Origin: Sandaracinaceae bacterium
GTDB taxonomy: Bacteria; Myxococcota_A; Polyangia; Polyangiales; Sandaracinaceae
Reading direction: 5' to 3'
Length of the DNA: 64,000 nt
Assembly: GCA_044220955.1 (NCBI GenBank)
Contig: JBGAQA010000002.1
Coordinates: 120,774-184,773 of the forward strand
In this document: piece by piece, positions 9,137 to 20,304 of the stretch
Layout of the letters: every line of letters begins with the position of its first letter
Numbering within the stretch: position 1 is the stretch's first letter
The notes under the pieces: model-generated
The model's input: the letters and a program-made list of their open reading frames with translations, nothing else
The model's database searches: none
What the model was told of the DNA's origin: nothing
Translations under genes and position numbers: made by a program

Positions 9137-9982
9137 TCAGTGCTTGGCGCGGGCGGCGCGCAGGAGCTGATCGGCCGTGCCCACCTGCTCCTCGACGCGG
9201 CCGGAGACGCCGACCGAGAGGCTGGGGACGACGCGGCCGGCGCTGCGGCACAGGGTGCCGTCGCGCTCACGCTCGCGAATGCGCATGATCACCACGCTCG
9301 CCTCGGCTGCGGCCGTCTCGGGCAGCACGAGGACCAGCTCGCGATCGCTGGCGCGGAACAGGTGGTCGATGCCGCGGATGCACTGCCGGACGCTCGCCGC
9401 GAGCTCCCCGAGTAGATCCTCGACCCGCATGGGACCGATGGCGTCGATCAGCCCCTCGAAGTTCGAGACCTCGAGCGAGACGCACGAGAGCGGGTGATCG
9501 AAGCGCAAGGCGCGCGTCATCTCGTAGTCGAGCGTGATCGGGAGCTGCACCGGGCTGCCCGCGCGCGAGAGCGGATCGAGGCCCTCCTCGCCCGTCGAGA
9601 GTCGCTCGAGCCAGGCGCGGCGCAGCGTGTTGCGCACTCGCTGGTGGATCTCGAACACCCGGTACGGGCGCGAGAGACAGTCGTCGGCCCCCAGCTCGAT
9701 CCCGCGCCGGCCGGCGTCCGCGTCGGCGGACGGGGTGGTCAGGAGCACCGGGATCGACGAGAGCGCGGTGTCGCTCTTGAGCGCCCGCAGCACCTCGAGC
9801 CCCTGCTCGCCCTCGAGCGCCACGTCGACCAGGACGATGTCAGGGCGCCGGCTCGCGGCTGTGTCGAGCAGCGCCGCCCGCTCCATCACCGTGAGCACGG
9901 TGTGGCCTGCGGCCTCGCAGATCTCGCGCAGGAGCTCGAGGTTGAACGGATCGGACTCGGCGATCAGCACCAGTGCAGGCAT
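9137..9982 (-). CDS. Response regulator with a degenerate GGDEF output domain
   Basis: N-terminal receiver (PDIVLVDV); C-terminal DGC fold in which RGIDHLFRASDRELVLVLPET replaces the GGDEF region. Confidence 0.8.
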   Translation of the reverse strand: MPALVLIAESDPFNLELLREICEAAGHTVLTVMERAALLDTAASRRPDIVLVDVALEGEQGLEVLRALKSDTALSSIPVLLTTPSADADAGRRGIELGADDCLSRPYRVFEIHQRVRNTLRRAWLERLSTGEEGLDPLSRAGSPVQLPITLDYEMTRALRFDHPLSCVSLEVSNFEGLIDAIGPMRVEDLLGELAASVRQCIRGIDHLFRASDRELVLVLPETAAAEASVVIMRIRERERDGTLCRSAGRVVPSLSVGVSGRVEEQVGTADQLLRAARAKH

Positions 9983-9988
9983 TTCCCC

Positions 9989-11326
<1,338 letters not shown>

Positions 11327-11440
11327 TCGCGAGGGGATCGAGTAGCACGCAGTCCCTGCGGGCGCTCAGGATTTCGTGCGGATCCGCCCGGCGACCGGAG
11401 CGCGAGACAGAGCCAGAGATCGTGGCGGCGGACGCGTTCG

Positions 11441-12013
11441 CTACTGCGAGGAGGCCGAGACGCTCATGATCCGGGCGGCGCGGACCGCGAGCCCGTACGC
11501 GTGGGGAGCGCGCGGGTCCGTGCGCGGATCGGTCACGCCCCAGGCGTGCATCCGAGCCAGCGCGTCGCGATGCATCTGCAGCGCCGCGTAGAGTCGCTCC
11601 GTGCAGCCGCGGGCCGGGACGGGCGTCACGGCCGAGCCCTCGTCCGTGCCGAGCGAACGAGCGCACTGCGCGAGCGCCACCTCGGCCGTGCCGAGGGCGT
11701 CGGTGACCCGACCCGTCCGCTCGTACGCACGCGCGAGGCGGTGCTCGACGCCAGGGTCGGTCATCACGTCGGGCTCGGCCGCCGTCAGCGTCGCGACCGC
11801 GAACTCGGGACGATCGAGGTCGAGGTACGCGTCGGCCAGATCCTGCGCCAGCGCGGCGTTGCCGTGATCGTGAGCGAAGCGATCCTCCAGGACGCGGAGC
11901 GAGCGCGTCTGCTCGGCGTGAGGGTCGAGCGCGGCGCCCGGCTCGGCCCAGCTCAAGGAGCCCCAGACCAGGACGAGGAAGACCAGGATCCCGAGGTTGA
12001 CCTTGATCTCCAC
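11441..12013 (-). CDS. Hypothetical exported TPR-like protein
   Basis: GTG start after a purine-rich RBS; signal/TM segment LGILVFLVLVWGSLSWA; helical repeats. Confidence 0.65.
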   Translation of the reverse strand: MEIKVNLGILVFLVLVWGSLSWAEPGAALDPHAEQTRSLRVLEDRFAHDHGNAALAQDLADAYLDLDRPEFAVATLTAAEPDVMTDPGVEHRLARAYERTGRVTDALGTAEVALAQCARSLGTDEGSAVTPVPARGCTERLYAALQMHRDALARMHAWGVTDPRTDPRAPHAYGLAVRAARIMSVSASSQ

Positions 12014-12135
12014 TTCCCTCCGCCCTTCTGGCCTCGCGGCCGCCCCTAATTCGGGTGGGACAGCGGCTCGCGCCGCAAGTTCCCGCCGCTCGTTCGATTC
12101 TTCGTACGACCCAGCCTTGGAAAGATCCCTGACGA

Positions 12136-13407
12136 TCAGAGCCGCATCACGGCGGCGGTGTAGGCATCCGCGCCCGGGTCCGCCCACGGGCCGATCCGGA
12201 TGATGCCGTCTTCGTCGCAGAGGTCGAGCCGAACCAGCGCCGCACGCGGCGTCCGGGCGAGAAAGGCCTGGATCACCTCCGCGCCTTCTTCGCGCGTGGG
12301 TGAGCAGACCGCATACACCAGACGACCTCCCGGGCGTACGAGCGACGCGGCGCGATCGAGGATCGCTGCCTGCGTGAGCGCGAGGCGCGCCGGATCGGCC
12401 GGCGTGACGCGCAGCATGATCTCGGGCCGGCGCGCGAGGGTGCCCAGGCCCGTGCAGGGCGCGTCGACGAGCACGCGATCGAAGGACGCGGGCGGCAGGC
12501 CGCCGGCGCCCACGGTGAGGTCGGTGGCGCGTGTCTCGAGCTTGGTGAGGATGCGGAGGCGCGCGAGCTCGGGCCCGATCCGGTCGAGCTTGGCCTCGTG
12601 CAGGTCGAGGGCCACGACGCAGCCGGCCGGTCCCACGGCGCGCGCGAGCACGGCCGCCTTGCCCCCGTGACCGGCGCACACGTCGGCGACGCGCTCGCCG
12701 GGCTGCGCGTCGACGAGGGCCGCGAGCACCTGCGAGCCTTCCTCCTGCACGCCGAACGCGCCCTCCGCGTAGCCGGGGAGCGCTCGCGGGTCGCCCGCCC
12801 CGCGGAGCAAGAGCGCGCGCGGCGACACGACGCCCGGGCGCACCTCGGCCTCGGGCCGTGCCTGACGGATGCGCGCGGCGAGCACCTCGCGATCGATCTC
12901 GGCGCGCAGCCCGAGCATCGGCGTCCCGGCGAGCGACGCCTCCATCGCGACCGCGCGATCGCGGCCGACACCACGCGCGACGAGCTCGAAGAGCGGCGGG
13001 GGAATCCGCCCGACGAGGACGGGCGGCTTCTCGGCGACGCGTCGCAGGATCGCGTTGACGAAGCGGCCCAGACCCTCCCCGCGCTCGTCCCGGACGAGGC
13101 TCACGGCGGCCGACACGATCGCGTGCGCTTGCTCGCGGTGTCCGACGAGCTCCATGACGCTCGTCGCGAGCACGGCGCGCGTGAACGGCTCGATCGCCTT
13201 CTTCTTCGGCCGGTGCCGGTCGATCTCGCGCTCGATCGGCAGGAGCGAGCGCGCCGCGCCGTAGACGAGGTCCGTCGCGCGCGCCGCCTCGCGCGGCGAG
13301 AGGCCCTCGCGCGTGAGCGCGTGGTCCAGGGTCGGGGCGATCCACGCGCCCTCGGAGAGCACGCGCGCGAGCACGCGCGCCGCGACCTCGCGACCCGAGG
13401 CGCTCAT
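12136..13407 (-). CDS. rsmB: RsmB/NOP2-family RNA m5C methyltransferase with NusB-like N-terminus
   Basis: VQEEGSQ, DVCAGHGGK, FDRVLVDAPCTGLG, LVYAVCS. Confidence 0.88.
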   Translation of the reverse strand: MSASGREVAARVLARVLSEGAWIAPTLDHALTREGLSPREAARATDLVYGAARSLLPIEREIDRHRPKKKAIEPFTRAVLATSVMELVGHREQAHAIVSAAVSLVRDERGEGLGRFVNAILRRVAEKPPVLVGRIPPPLFELVARGVGRDRAVAMEASLAGTPMLGLRAEIDREVLAARIRQARPEAEVRPGVVSPRALLLRGAGDPRALPGYAEGAFGVQEEGSQVLAALVDAQPGERVADVCAGHGGKAAVLARAVGPAGCVVALDLHEAKLDRIGPELARLRILTKLETRATDLTVGAGGLPPASFDRVLVDAPCTGLGTLARRPEIMLRVTPADPARLALTQAAILDRAASLVRPGGRLVYAVCSPTREEGAEVIQAFLARTPRAALVRLDLCDEDGIIRIGPWADPGADAYTAAVMRL

Positions 13408-15068
13408 CGATCCTCGAACATCGCCGCGAGCTCGGACCAGTGGCGCTCGATGTCGTTCTTGAACGCTACGATCGCGAGCCCGAAGATGAGCACCAGGCCG
13501 ACCACGCGCGCCGCGATGCGGACCTTGTCGCCGACCTGGCGGCGCGAGACCGCCTCGAAGACGAGGAAGCAGAGCTGTCCACCGTCGAGGACGGGGATGG
13601 GCAAGAGGTTCAGCAGGCCCAGGTTCACCGAGATGAAGGCCATGAGCTGCAAGAAGTCGAGCGGCCCCTGGCTCGCCGCTTCGCCCGCGAACTCGGCGAT
13701 GGCGATCGGGCCGCCGATGGTCCGCGTCGTGAGGCGCCCCTCGATCAGGCGCACGATGGAGACGAAGGTGAGCTCGACCATCTCGCGCGTGCGCTGCACC
13801 GCCTCTCGGAGCGCGTAGCGGACGAGCGACGGGTTCGCGACGGCCTCGGGCACGGTGGTGGGCGCCCAGTGGTGGATGGCCGGCGTGTACACGGCGAGCG
13901 CCTCGCCGTACTCGATCGAGGCGGGGTCGCGCTCGATCGAGAGACGCCGCGTGAGGATCTGGTCGCCTCGCCGAAGCGTGATCTCGTGGGGGCTCGCGCC
14001 GCCGCGCCGCAGATCCTCGTCGAGCTGGGCCCAGAGGCGCACCGGCGCTCCGTCGAGCGAGACGATGCGGTCGCCGGGGAGGATCCCGGCGCGATGCTCG
14101 GGCGAGCCGGCCCGCACTCGCGCCACGTAGAGATCGGACGACTCGAGGCCAGCGCGAGACAGGCCGCTGCCCGGCCCCGGCTCGGGGGTGAGCGTCGCGA
14201 CGTGCGGCTCGTAGAGGTCCACGTCGAACAGGCCGTCGATGGGCCCGCGGACGGGCGTCGGCCGCAGGTAGGTGATGGGGATCATGGAGCCGCGGTTCGG
14301 CTCGAGCACCGCCGCGAGGTCGCGGTACGTCTCCACCGGACGACCGCCGGCGGCGACGATGCGGTCGAAGGTCCGCAGGTGCGCGGCGGCGGCGGGGCTC
14401 GATGGCGAGACGACGCCGATCACGGCGAGCGGCGCGAAGGGCGTGATGCCGATGCGCCCGATGTCCTCGCTCAGCTCGAGCGGGAGCGTCTCGTTCGTCA
14501 GCGCGGGCGTGATGCGCGTGGTGATCTCTTCGTCGCCGCGCCGGAGCGTGAACTCCAGCTCGCGACCGGCCGCCGGCTCGATGTAGAGGCCGAGCTCGTA
14601 GAACGTGTGCACCTCGTGTCCGTCGATCGCGACGATGGTGTCCCCGGGCAGCACGTGCCCGTCGGCAGGCCTCCCGGGAAACACCGTGCCGATCACCGCG
14701 GGTGTCTGGCGCGCGTCTCCGAGGAAGACGACGAAGTAGAGCAGGAGCGGGAAGACGAGGTTCATCGTCGGGCCCGCGAGCACGATGACGATCCGCTTCC
14801 AGAGCGCCTGGTCGTCGAACGCGCGCCCCTCGTCGGCCTTGCTCGGCTTGTCGTCCGGGCTCTCGCCGAGCATCCGTACGTATCCGCCGAGCGGCAGCGC
14901 AGCGATGACGTACTCGGTGTCCCCGCGCTTGATGCCCGCGATCGTGGGCCCGAAGCCGAGCGAGAACTTCAGGACCTTCACGCCGAAGATCTTCGCGAAG
15001 ACGAAGTGGCCGAGCTCGTGGACGAAGATGAGCACGCCCACGAGCACGACGAAGGAGACGAAGGTCAC
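13404..15068 (-). CDS. rseP: RIP metalloprotease (M50) with PDZ domains
   Basis: HELGH, PLGGYVRM, PDZ repeats, NLLPIPVLDGG. Confidence 0.95.
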   Translation of the reverse strand: MTFVSFVVLVGVLIFVHELGHFVFAKIFGVKVLKFSLGFGPTIAGIKRGDTEYVIAALPLGGYVRMLGESPDDKPSKADEGRAFDDQALWKRIVIVLAGPTMNLVFPLLLYFVVFLGDARQTPAVIGTVFPGRPADGHVLPGDTIVAIDGHEVHTFYELGLYIEPAAGRELEFTLRRGDEEITTRITPALTNETLPLELSEDIGRIGITPFAPLAVIGVVSPSSPAAAAHLRTFDRIVAAGGRPVETYRDLAAVLEPNRGSMIPITYLRPTPVRGPIDGLFDVDLYEPHVATLTPEPGPGSGLSRAGLESSDLYVARVRAGSPEHRAGILPGDRIVSLDGAPVRLWAQLDEDLRRGGASPHEITLRRGDQILTRRLSIERDPASIEYGEALAVYTPAIHHWAPTTVPEAVANPSLVRYALREAVQRTREMVELTFVSIVRLIEGRLTTRTIGGPIAIAEFAGEAASQGPLDFLQLMAFISVNLGLLNLLPIPVLDGGQLCFLVFEAVSRRQVGDKVRIAARVVGLVLIFGLAIVAFKNDIERHWSELAAMFEDR

Positions 15069-15142
15069 GGAAGTCCGGCGTCGAGGCGGTGGGTCACGGC
15101 TGGCGGTCGAGCATACGCGGCGCGTCCGGCCGGCGCACTGTG
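15069..15142. repeat. 74-bp imperfect direct repeat, copy 1
   Basis: Matches 16666-16739 with 8 mismatches by manual alignment. Confidence 0.88.
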
Positions 15143-15239
15143 AGGCGGCCTCCGGTGGTGGACGGCGCGACGCTCGCGTCGCCCGCCGCCCGACCCGCTC
15201 GAGTGAGCGCTGGCGCGACGGCTCCTCGCAACGACCCGC

Positions 15240-16526
15240 TCAGTGGCGCGCGCTGGGCAGCTCGAGCGCCGCGCGTAGCTCCTCTTCCAGCTCCTCGAGC
15301 GCCACCGGCGAGAGCCCGGGCGCCGCGAAGAGCTCGAGGTGGAGCCGACCCCGGAAGCCGAACGCGACGACCGCCGGGACGTCGATCCCCTCGATGATCG
15401 GCCCGATGACGCGCACGTCCTCGATGTCCTCGCCGAAGGCACGGAGGCCCTCGTCGATGCGTCCGACGTTCGTGACCATGAGGCCGCGGCTGAGCGGCAG
15501 CTCCACGAGGAACGGATGCAGGTGCGGGATCACACGACGCATCACGCCGTGGGGCGCGCCCGCCGCGAGCAGGTTCGGACCGACGAGGTACGCGGGGCCG
15601 ACGAGGCTCTTCTGGTGCTGCTTGGTGACGCTCGCGACCGCCGCGACGGCCGTGCCGAGGTCCCGGGCGGCGCGGCGCGGCACGATGGCCGTCAGGATCG
15701 CGGAGGTGTTCGTCGCGGTCAGCCGCGCCGACGATCCGAAGCGGCGCAGATCCATCGTGTAGAGCACGGCGACGGGGCCGCGATGCGATCGGCCGGCCGA
15801 CACGCGCGCCAGCCCCGCGACGAGAGCGTCGTTGACGGTCGCGCCTTGCTCGCGGCAGCGGAGCTTCAGTCGATCGAGCTCCTCGGGGCCGAGGACGATG
15901 TGTCGCCAGCTCGACCCGGACGACGCGTCCGCCGGGAACGCGCGCGTGCGTCGCGCGGCGGCGAAGGTCCGGACCGGCTGCGCGAGCGCGGCCGCGACGT
16001 CCCGGGCGAGGACCGGCAGGTGGTACCAGCGCAGACCGTCGAGCGCGCGCCCGAGCTCGCGCCGACGGTCCACGGGCGCCGTCGGCGCGACACCGTAGAG
16101 GTGCGAGCCGAGCACGTGCCCGACCGCGGCGACCCCACCGCCGTCGACCGCGAGGTGCATGAGACTGAGGACGAGGCGCGAGCCTCCGGCGCGCCCGAGG
16201 CCGACCACGCGGATCTGCCGCTCGCGCGTCGCGTCGATCGAGCGCCGCGCCCAGCGCGCCGTCTCCGCCTCGAGATCGGCCGGAGCTTCGACCACGTGCA
16301 CCGCGTCCGAGATCGGGCCCTCGACCGGCGCCCAGCGATCACGCCAGAAGCGCGCCTCGTAGCGACGGCCGAGCACGGGAAAGTCGGCGATGGTCGCCTC
16401 GACGGCGCGCTCGAGCTCGGCGCGCGAGAACGAGCGACGCAGGTCGATCACGGCGTGGATCGAGAGATCCCCGAAGCGTGGAATGGACCCGAACAACCCG
16501 ACGTCGGCGAGCTCGACCGAGAGCAT
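15240..16526 (-). CDS. Condensation-domain-like / CoA-dependent acyltransferase (HxxxDG)
   Basis: ELERAVEATIADFPVLG, MHLAVDGGG, ATVNDAL, TMDLRR, VTNVG: a PapA5/WS-DGAT/condensation-type pattern. Confidence 0.75.
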   Translation of the reverse strand: MLSVELADVGLFGSIPRFGDLSIHAVIDLRRSFSRAELERAVEATIADFPVLGRRYEARFWRDRWAPVEGPISDAVHVVEAPADLEAETARWARRSIDATRERQIRVVGLGRAGGSRLVLSLMHLAVDGGGVAAVGHVLGSHLYGVAPTAPVDRRRELGRALDGLRWYHLPVLARDVAAALAQPVRTFAAARRTRAFPADASSGSSWRHIVLGPEELDRLKLRCREQGATVNDALVAGLARVSAGRSHRGPVAVLYTMDLRRFGSSARLTATNTSAILTAIVPRRAARDLGTAVAAVASVTKQHQKSLVGPAYLVGPNLLAAGAPHGVMRRVIPHLHPFLVELPLSRGLMVTNVGRIDEGLRAFGEDIEDVRVIGPIIEGIDVPAVVAFGFRGRLHLELFAAPGLSPVALEELEEELRAALELPSARH

Positions 16527-16665
16527 GGCGGAACAGTGCGCGAGCGGCCGCGAAAGGAAAGCGCGCTCACGCACGGAGCCGCAGGCGCAGCCCGGCGTCC
16601 CATCATCGGCCTCGCCCGCGAGCAGATCGTGGACGCGCAGGTCGGTCACGACGTCCTGAGGTCGG

Positions 16666-16739
16666 GGAAGTCCAGCGTCGAGGCGGTGGATCACGGCTCG
16701 CCGTCGAGCAAACGCGGCGCGTCCGACCGGCTCACCGTG
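16666..16739. repeat. 74-bp imperfect direct repeat, copy 2 (overlaps AraC 3' end)
   Basis: Matches 15069-15142. Confidence 0.88.
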
Positions 16740-17764
16740 TCGCGCTCGTCGGGGTCTCGGCGCGCGATCCCCTTCCGATACCGGGCGGGTGCGCTCCCGG
16801 TCCAGCGACGAAACGCGCGAGAGAACGCGCTCGGCTCGGAGTAGCCGAGGAGCCCCGCGATCTCGTCGATGGAGAGGGTGGCGTCTCGCAAGTGCGCGCA
16901 GGCGAGCTCGCACCGCGCCTCGTCGAGGAGCGTGGAGTAGGCGACGCCCCGCTCCACGAGGCGGCGCTGGAGCGTGCGCGGGCTCGTGCCGAGGCGCTTG
17001 CCGAGCGTGGCGACGTCGAGGCGGCCCTCGCCGATCATGCGCGCCAGCTCGGTCCGCGCACGATCGAGCAGATCCGCAGAGGGTGCCTTCGCGGCGAGCG
17101 TCTGCGCGTGTCGCTCGAGGATCGCGCACAGGCTCGCGTCCGCGCTCGACATGGGCAGGTCCAAGACGTCGGGCGAGAACACGAGCGCGCTCGCCGCGTG
17201 GTCGAACGTCGCCGGCACGCCGAAGATCTCCAGATAGCGCCCAGCCGGCGCGAGCGCGGGCCCGCGCAGCTCGACGACCCGCGGACGCATGCGCGCGTCC
17301 AAGCGGCGCAGGCGCAGCACGATGACGGCGAAGACGTAGTCGCGGCCGAGCGGATGGATCCGTACGCCCGGGACGCGCAGCTCGCTCTCGAGCCGCACGT
17401 CCCCCCCGCCGGGCGCGTCGACCACCCGGAACTGCGAGGTCGTGGTGGCGATCCGGTGCAGCCGGTCGACCATGACGAGCGCGTCGCGGAGCGTCGCGCA
17501 CGAGGGAAGGAGGTAGTCGAGGACGTCGAGCGCTCCGGCCGGGACGCTCGCACCGACGCGAAGACCGAGGTCCGGCGACGGATCGAGCCGACGCGCCGCC
17601 TCCCAGAGCGCGTGGATCGCGGACGCCGGCACCCAGCGCTCGGGGTCGTCGAGGGCGGCGAGGTCGACGCCGGCCGCGCGGGCGAGCGACTCGGCGGGCA
17701 GCCCCGCGGCGGCGAGCCCGCGGAGGTGCGCCCGGACGTGGGCCGAACGGACCCCAGCCGACAT
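16691..17764 (-). CDS. AraC-family transcriptional regulator
   Basis: C-terminal double HTH: LGTSPRTLQRRL...SIDEIAGLLGYSEPSAFSRAFRRWTG. Confidence 0.93.
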   Translation of the reverse strand: MSAGVRSAHVRAHLRGLAAAGLPAESLARAAGVDLAALDDPERWVPASAIHALWEAARRLDPSPDLGLRVGASVPAGALDVLDYLLPSCATLRDALVMVDRLHRIATTTSQFRVVDAPGGGDVRLESELRVPGVRIHPLGRDYVFAVIVLRLRRLDARMRPRVVELRGPALAPAGRYLEIFGVPATFDHAASALVFSPDVLDLPMSSADASLCAILERHAQTLAAKAPSADLLDRARTELARMIGEGRLDVATLGKRLGTSPRTLQRRLVERGVAYSTLLDEARCELACAHLRDATLSIDEIAGLLGYSEPSAFSRAFRRWTGSAPARYRKGIARRDPDERDTVSRSDAPRLLDGEP

Positions 17765-17773
17765 GCTGCGAGC

Positions 17774-17840
17774 GTCGATCGCGCCCGCGGCGGCGTCAAG
17801 GTCGGCGCCCGCCGTCAAGAAGTCGTCGCGCGATGTCATG
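17774..17840. promoter_or_regulatory. Tandem gtcaag-like direct repeats between divergent AraC and NAT genes, possible AraC sites
   Basis: gtcgat (17774), gtcaag (17795), gtcaag (17814) and gtcatg (17835), spaced 19-21 bp. Confidence 0.3.
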
Positions 17841-17873
17841 GCCCTCGGTGCGCCGCGCGGGCACGCTCGCGGC

Positions 17874-18782
17874 ATGGTCACACCGAACATGATCCGCCCC
17901 CTGTCCCCCGATCTCACCGAGCGCGTGATCGAGCGACTCGGCCTCGCTCGCCTGCCTGAGCCGGACCTCGAAGGGCTCGACGCCTCGTACGGCGCGTATG
18001 GTCGACGGGTGCCCTTCGACAGCGCGCTGAAGCGTCTCCGGGTCGCGGCCGGGAACGCGGGACCGCTGCCCGGCGCCTCGTCCGAGGAGTTCTGGGCGCG
18101 GTGGCTCCAGCACGGAACGGGCGGGACGTGCTGGGCGGGCGCGGGCGCGCTCGGGAGCCTGCTGGCGGCGCTCGGCTTCACCGTTCATCGCACGCTCGCG
18201 ACGATGAATCCGGGTCCCATGTCGCGAGAGCCGAACCACGGCACGCTCGTCGTCGAGCTGGACGACGGGCGCTTTCTGGTCGACCCCTCGATCACGACGG
18301 GCGTGCCGCTGGCGCTCGACGGGACCGCGCGGCCCGGTGCCATCGGCGGCGCCGAGGTCCGCCGCGGCGAGGCAGGCGAGACGCTCGTGTTCTGGCGCCC
18401 ACTGCACAGCCCCGCGGGCATCGTCTTCCGCATCGACGAGGTCGGCGCGTCCGAGGCGGCGTTCGCGGCGCGGCACGAGGCGAGCCGCGTCTTCTCGCTC
18501 TTCAACCACGCCCTGCACGCGCGCCTGGCGAAGGACGGCGGCGTCGTCGGCATCACGCTCGGCATGCGCGTCGCCATCGACGCGAACGGCCGGGTCCGCG
18601 CGCGCCGCCTCGACGACGAGGGCCGCCTTCGCGTTCTGTGCGACGAGCTCGGCATCGCGGAGGAGGTCGCTCGTGCAGTCCCGGCCGACGAGCCCTTGCC
18701 GCCCCCGCCCGGGATGCCCGCCGAGCGCTGGGCGCAGATCGCGGCCGGGCTCATGGCCGCCGCGCCGCAGCCCGACGAGTGA
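17874..18782 (+). CDS. Arylamine N-acetyltransferase family protein
   Basis: RVPFD, GGTCW (Cys), NHG (His), FLVDP (Asp) catalytic triad pattern. Confidence 0.82.
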   Translation: MVTPNMIRPLSPDLTERVIERLGLARLPEPDLEGLDASYGAYGRRVPFDSALKRLRVAAGNAGPLPGASSEEFWARWLQHGTGGTCWAGAGALGSLLAALGFTVHRTLATMNPGPMSREPNHGTLVVELDDGRFLVDPSITTGVPLALDGTARPGAIGGAEVRRGEAGETLVFWRPLHSPAGIVFRIDEVGASEAAFAARHEASRVFSLFNHALHARLAKDGGVVGITLGMRVAIDANGRVRARRLDDEGRLRVLCDELGIAEEVARAVPADEPLPPPPGMPAERWAQIAAGLMAAAPQPDE

Positions 18783-18810
18783 CGCGGCCCGGCCCGCGCG
18801 CCGTGCCAGC

Positions 18811-19407
18811 TCACGGCTCGCGGTCGCGCATCGGCGGCGCTCCGGACCGCCGCACGGTGGAGAGCAGCGCCTCGGCGTCCTCCGCGCCGACGGCGATCCA
18901 GCGTGCGCGCAGCTCCGGCGGCACGACGAGCGGCATCCGGTGGTGGACGGGACGCACCTCGCGGCTCGCCGCCGTCGTCAAGAGGACGAAGCGCGCAGGA
19001 CCGCCGCCCTCGTCGGGGAGATAGAGCCCCGCCATGGTGAGCAGGGAGTCGCCGGGCGCCCCGGCCGCCGCGAAGAGGTGGTGTCGGCGCGCGCCCTTGG
19101 GCCCGGACCACTCGTGGAATGCGTGCGCGGGGACGAGGCAGCGGCGTGTCTCGAGGGCCTGCCGCGAGTCGCCTTCGCGCGCTGCGCTCTCCGACCGCGT
19201 GTTCAGGTGGATCCTCTCCTTGGGCCGCGTGCCCGGCCAGCCGAACTTCATCGGGACCAGCACGCGGGCGCCGTCTCGGACGACGAGCGCGGGCGCGACG
19301 TCCGTCGGCGCGATCGTGCGTCGCGGCGTGATCTCGCCGTGCTGCATCGCGTCGAGCGCCTCGGCGATGCGGGCAGGCGTGTCCTCGACCTCGTAGCGGG
19401 CGCACAC
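18811..19407 (-). CDS. SOS response-associated peptidase (SRAP/YedK) family
   Basis: N-terminal MCARY, NTRSES, RRCLVPAHAFHEW, HHRMP. Confidence 0.9.
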   Translation of the reverse strand: MCARYEVEDTPARIAEALDAMQHGEITPRRTIAPTDVAPALVVRDGARVLVPMKFGWPGTRPKERIHLNTRSESAAREGDSRQALETRRCLVPAHAFHEWSGPKGARRHHLFAAAGAPGDSLLTMAGLYLPDEGGGPARFVLLTTAASREVRPVHHRMPLVVPPELRARWIAVGAEDAEALLSTVRRSGAPPMRDREP

Positions 19408-19490
19408 GACCCCAGCCTACCCCCGAAGCGCGTGCGAATCCGCCATTCCTCGCTCGACGGGGGCGCGCCTCGTGGCATCATCGCGGCGGG

Positions 19491-20300
19491 ATGAAGAGGG
19501 GATCAGGCGTGGTGGGGGAAGCGAACGGCAAGAGGCCGAAGAAGGCGCTCGCCGGCAAGGCGCCAGCCGCGACGGCGAAGGCGACGAACGGCAACCACGC
19601 CGATCGAGATCTCGAGCCGATCCCGGCGCGCCCGTCGCGCGCCGAGCGCGCGGACGGAGACGCCCGCCAGCGCCGCATCGACGAGGTCTGCGCGGCGTGG
19701 GCCGCGATCGTCTCCGAGCGCATGGCGGCCGACGAGCAGTTCGCCGAGCAGTACGAGGCCTACGGCAAGCGCACGACCGACCTCCGGGGGCTCTTCGCGT
19801 GGGACGCGCTTCACGCGGCGGAGGCGAACCTGTCGATCGTCAACGCGTCGATCGCGCGCCACCTGTCGGAGGACGGCCGCGGCGATCCGCGCGCGATCCT
19901 CGCCGACCTGCGCTGGGAGCAGCGCAAGCTCGCGGCCGTCTACGCGGTCAACGCGTTCGTCGCGGTGCTCAACCAGATGTCGACGCAGAAGCCGAAGTGG
20001 ATCGCCATGGAGGAGTTCGACCCGCGCATCGCGGTGCTCTCGCTCGCACACCAGACGCTCGGGTACGCGCTCGACGCACTCCACATCGAGGCGCCCGGGG
20101 ACCTGACCGATCACATCCTCAAGGCCAGCCAGGATCAGACCGTCTGGGCCATCGAGCCCGAGCGCGATCCTCATCGCCTCAACGCAGCGTCGTACGCGGC
20201 GGCGGCGTTCTTCCGCGCGATCAACTCGCCCGAGCTCGTGACGGCCGAGGAGATCGGGTCGCTCTACGTCACGCGCGCCAAGAGTCGCTCGCGCGGCTGA
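19491..20300 (+). CDS. Hypothetical protein
   Basis: Protein-like composition and GC3-biased codons; no recognised motif. Confidence 0.7.
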   Translation: MKRGSGVVGEANGKRPKKALAGKAPAATAKATNGNHADRDLEPIPARPSRAERADGDARQRRIDEVCAAWAAIVSERMAADEQFAEQYEAYGKRTTDLRGLFAWDALHAAEANLSIVNASIARHLSEDGRGDPRAILADLRWEQRKLAAVYAVNAFVAVLNQMSTQKPKWIAMEEFDPRIAVLSLAHQTLGYALDALHIEAPGDLTDHILKASQDQTVWAIEPERDPHRLNAASYAAAAFFRAINSPELVTAEEIGSLYVTRAKSRSRG

Positions 20301-20304
20301 AGGC

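Noticed and set aside
15240..17501. Extended N-termini of track ORFs (acyltransferase, pilA 30132-32249, M48 36297-39179, napA to 60007)
   Set aside because: The extensions overlap other genes in other frames; internal starts with an RBS, -10 box or stop/start overlap fit better
18811..19407. SOS mutagenesis cassette around the SRAP gene
   Set aside because: No imuA/imuB/dnaE2/lexA neighbours
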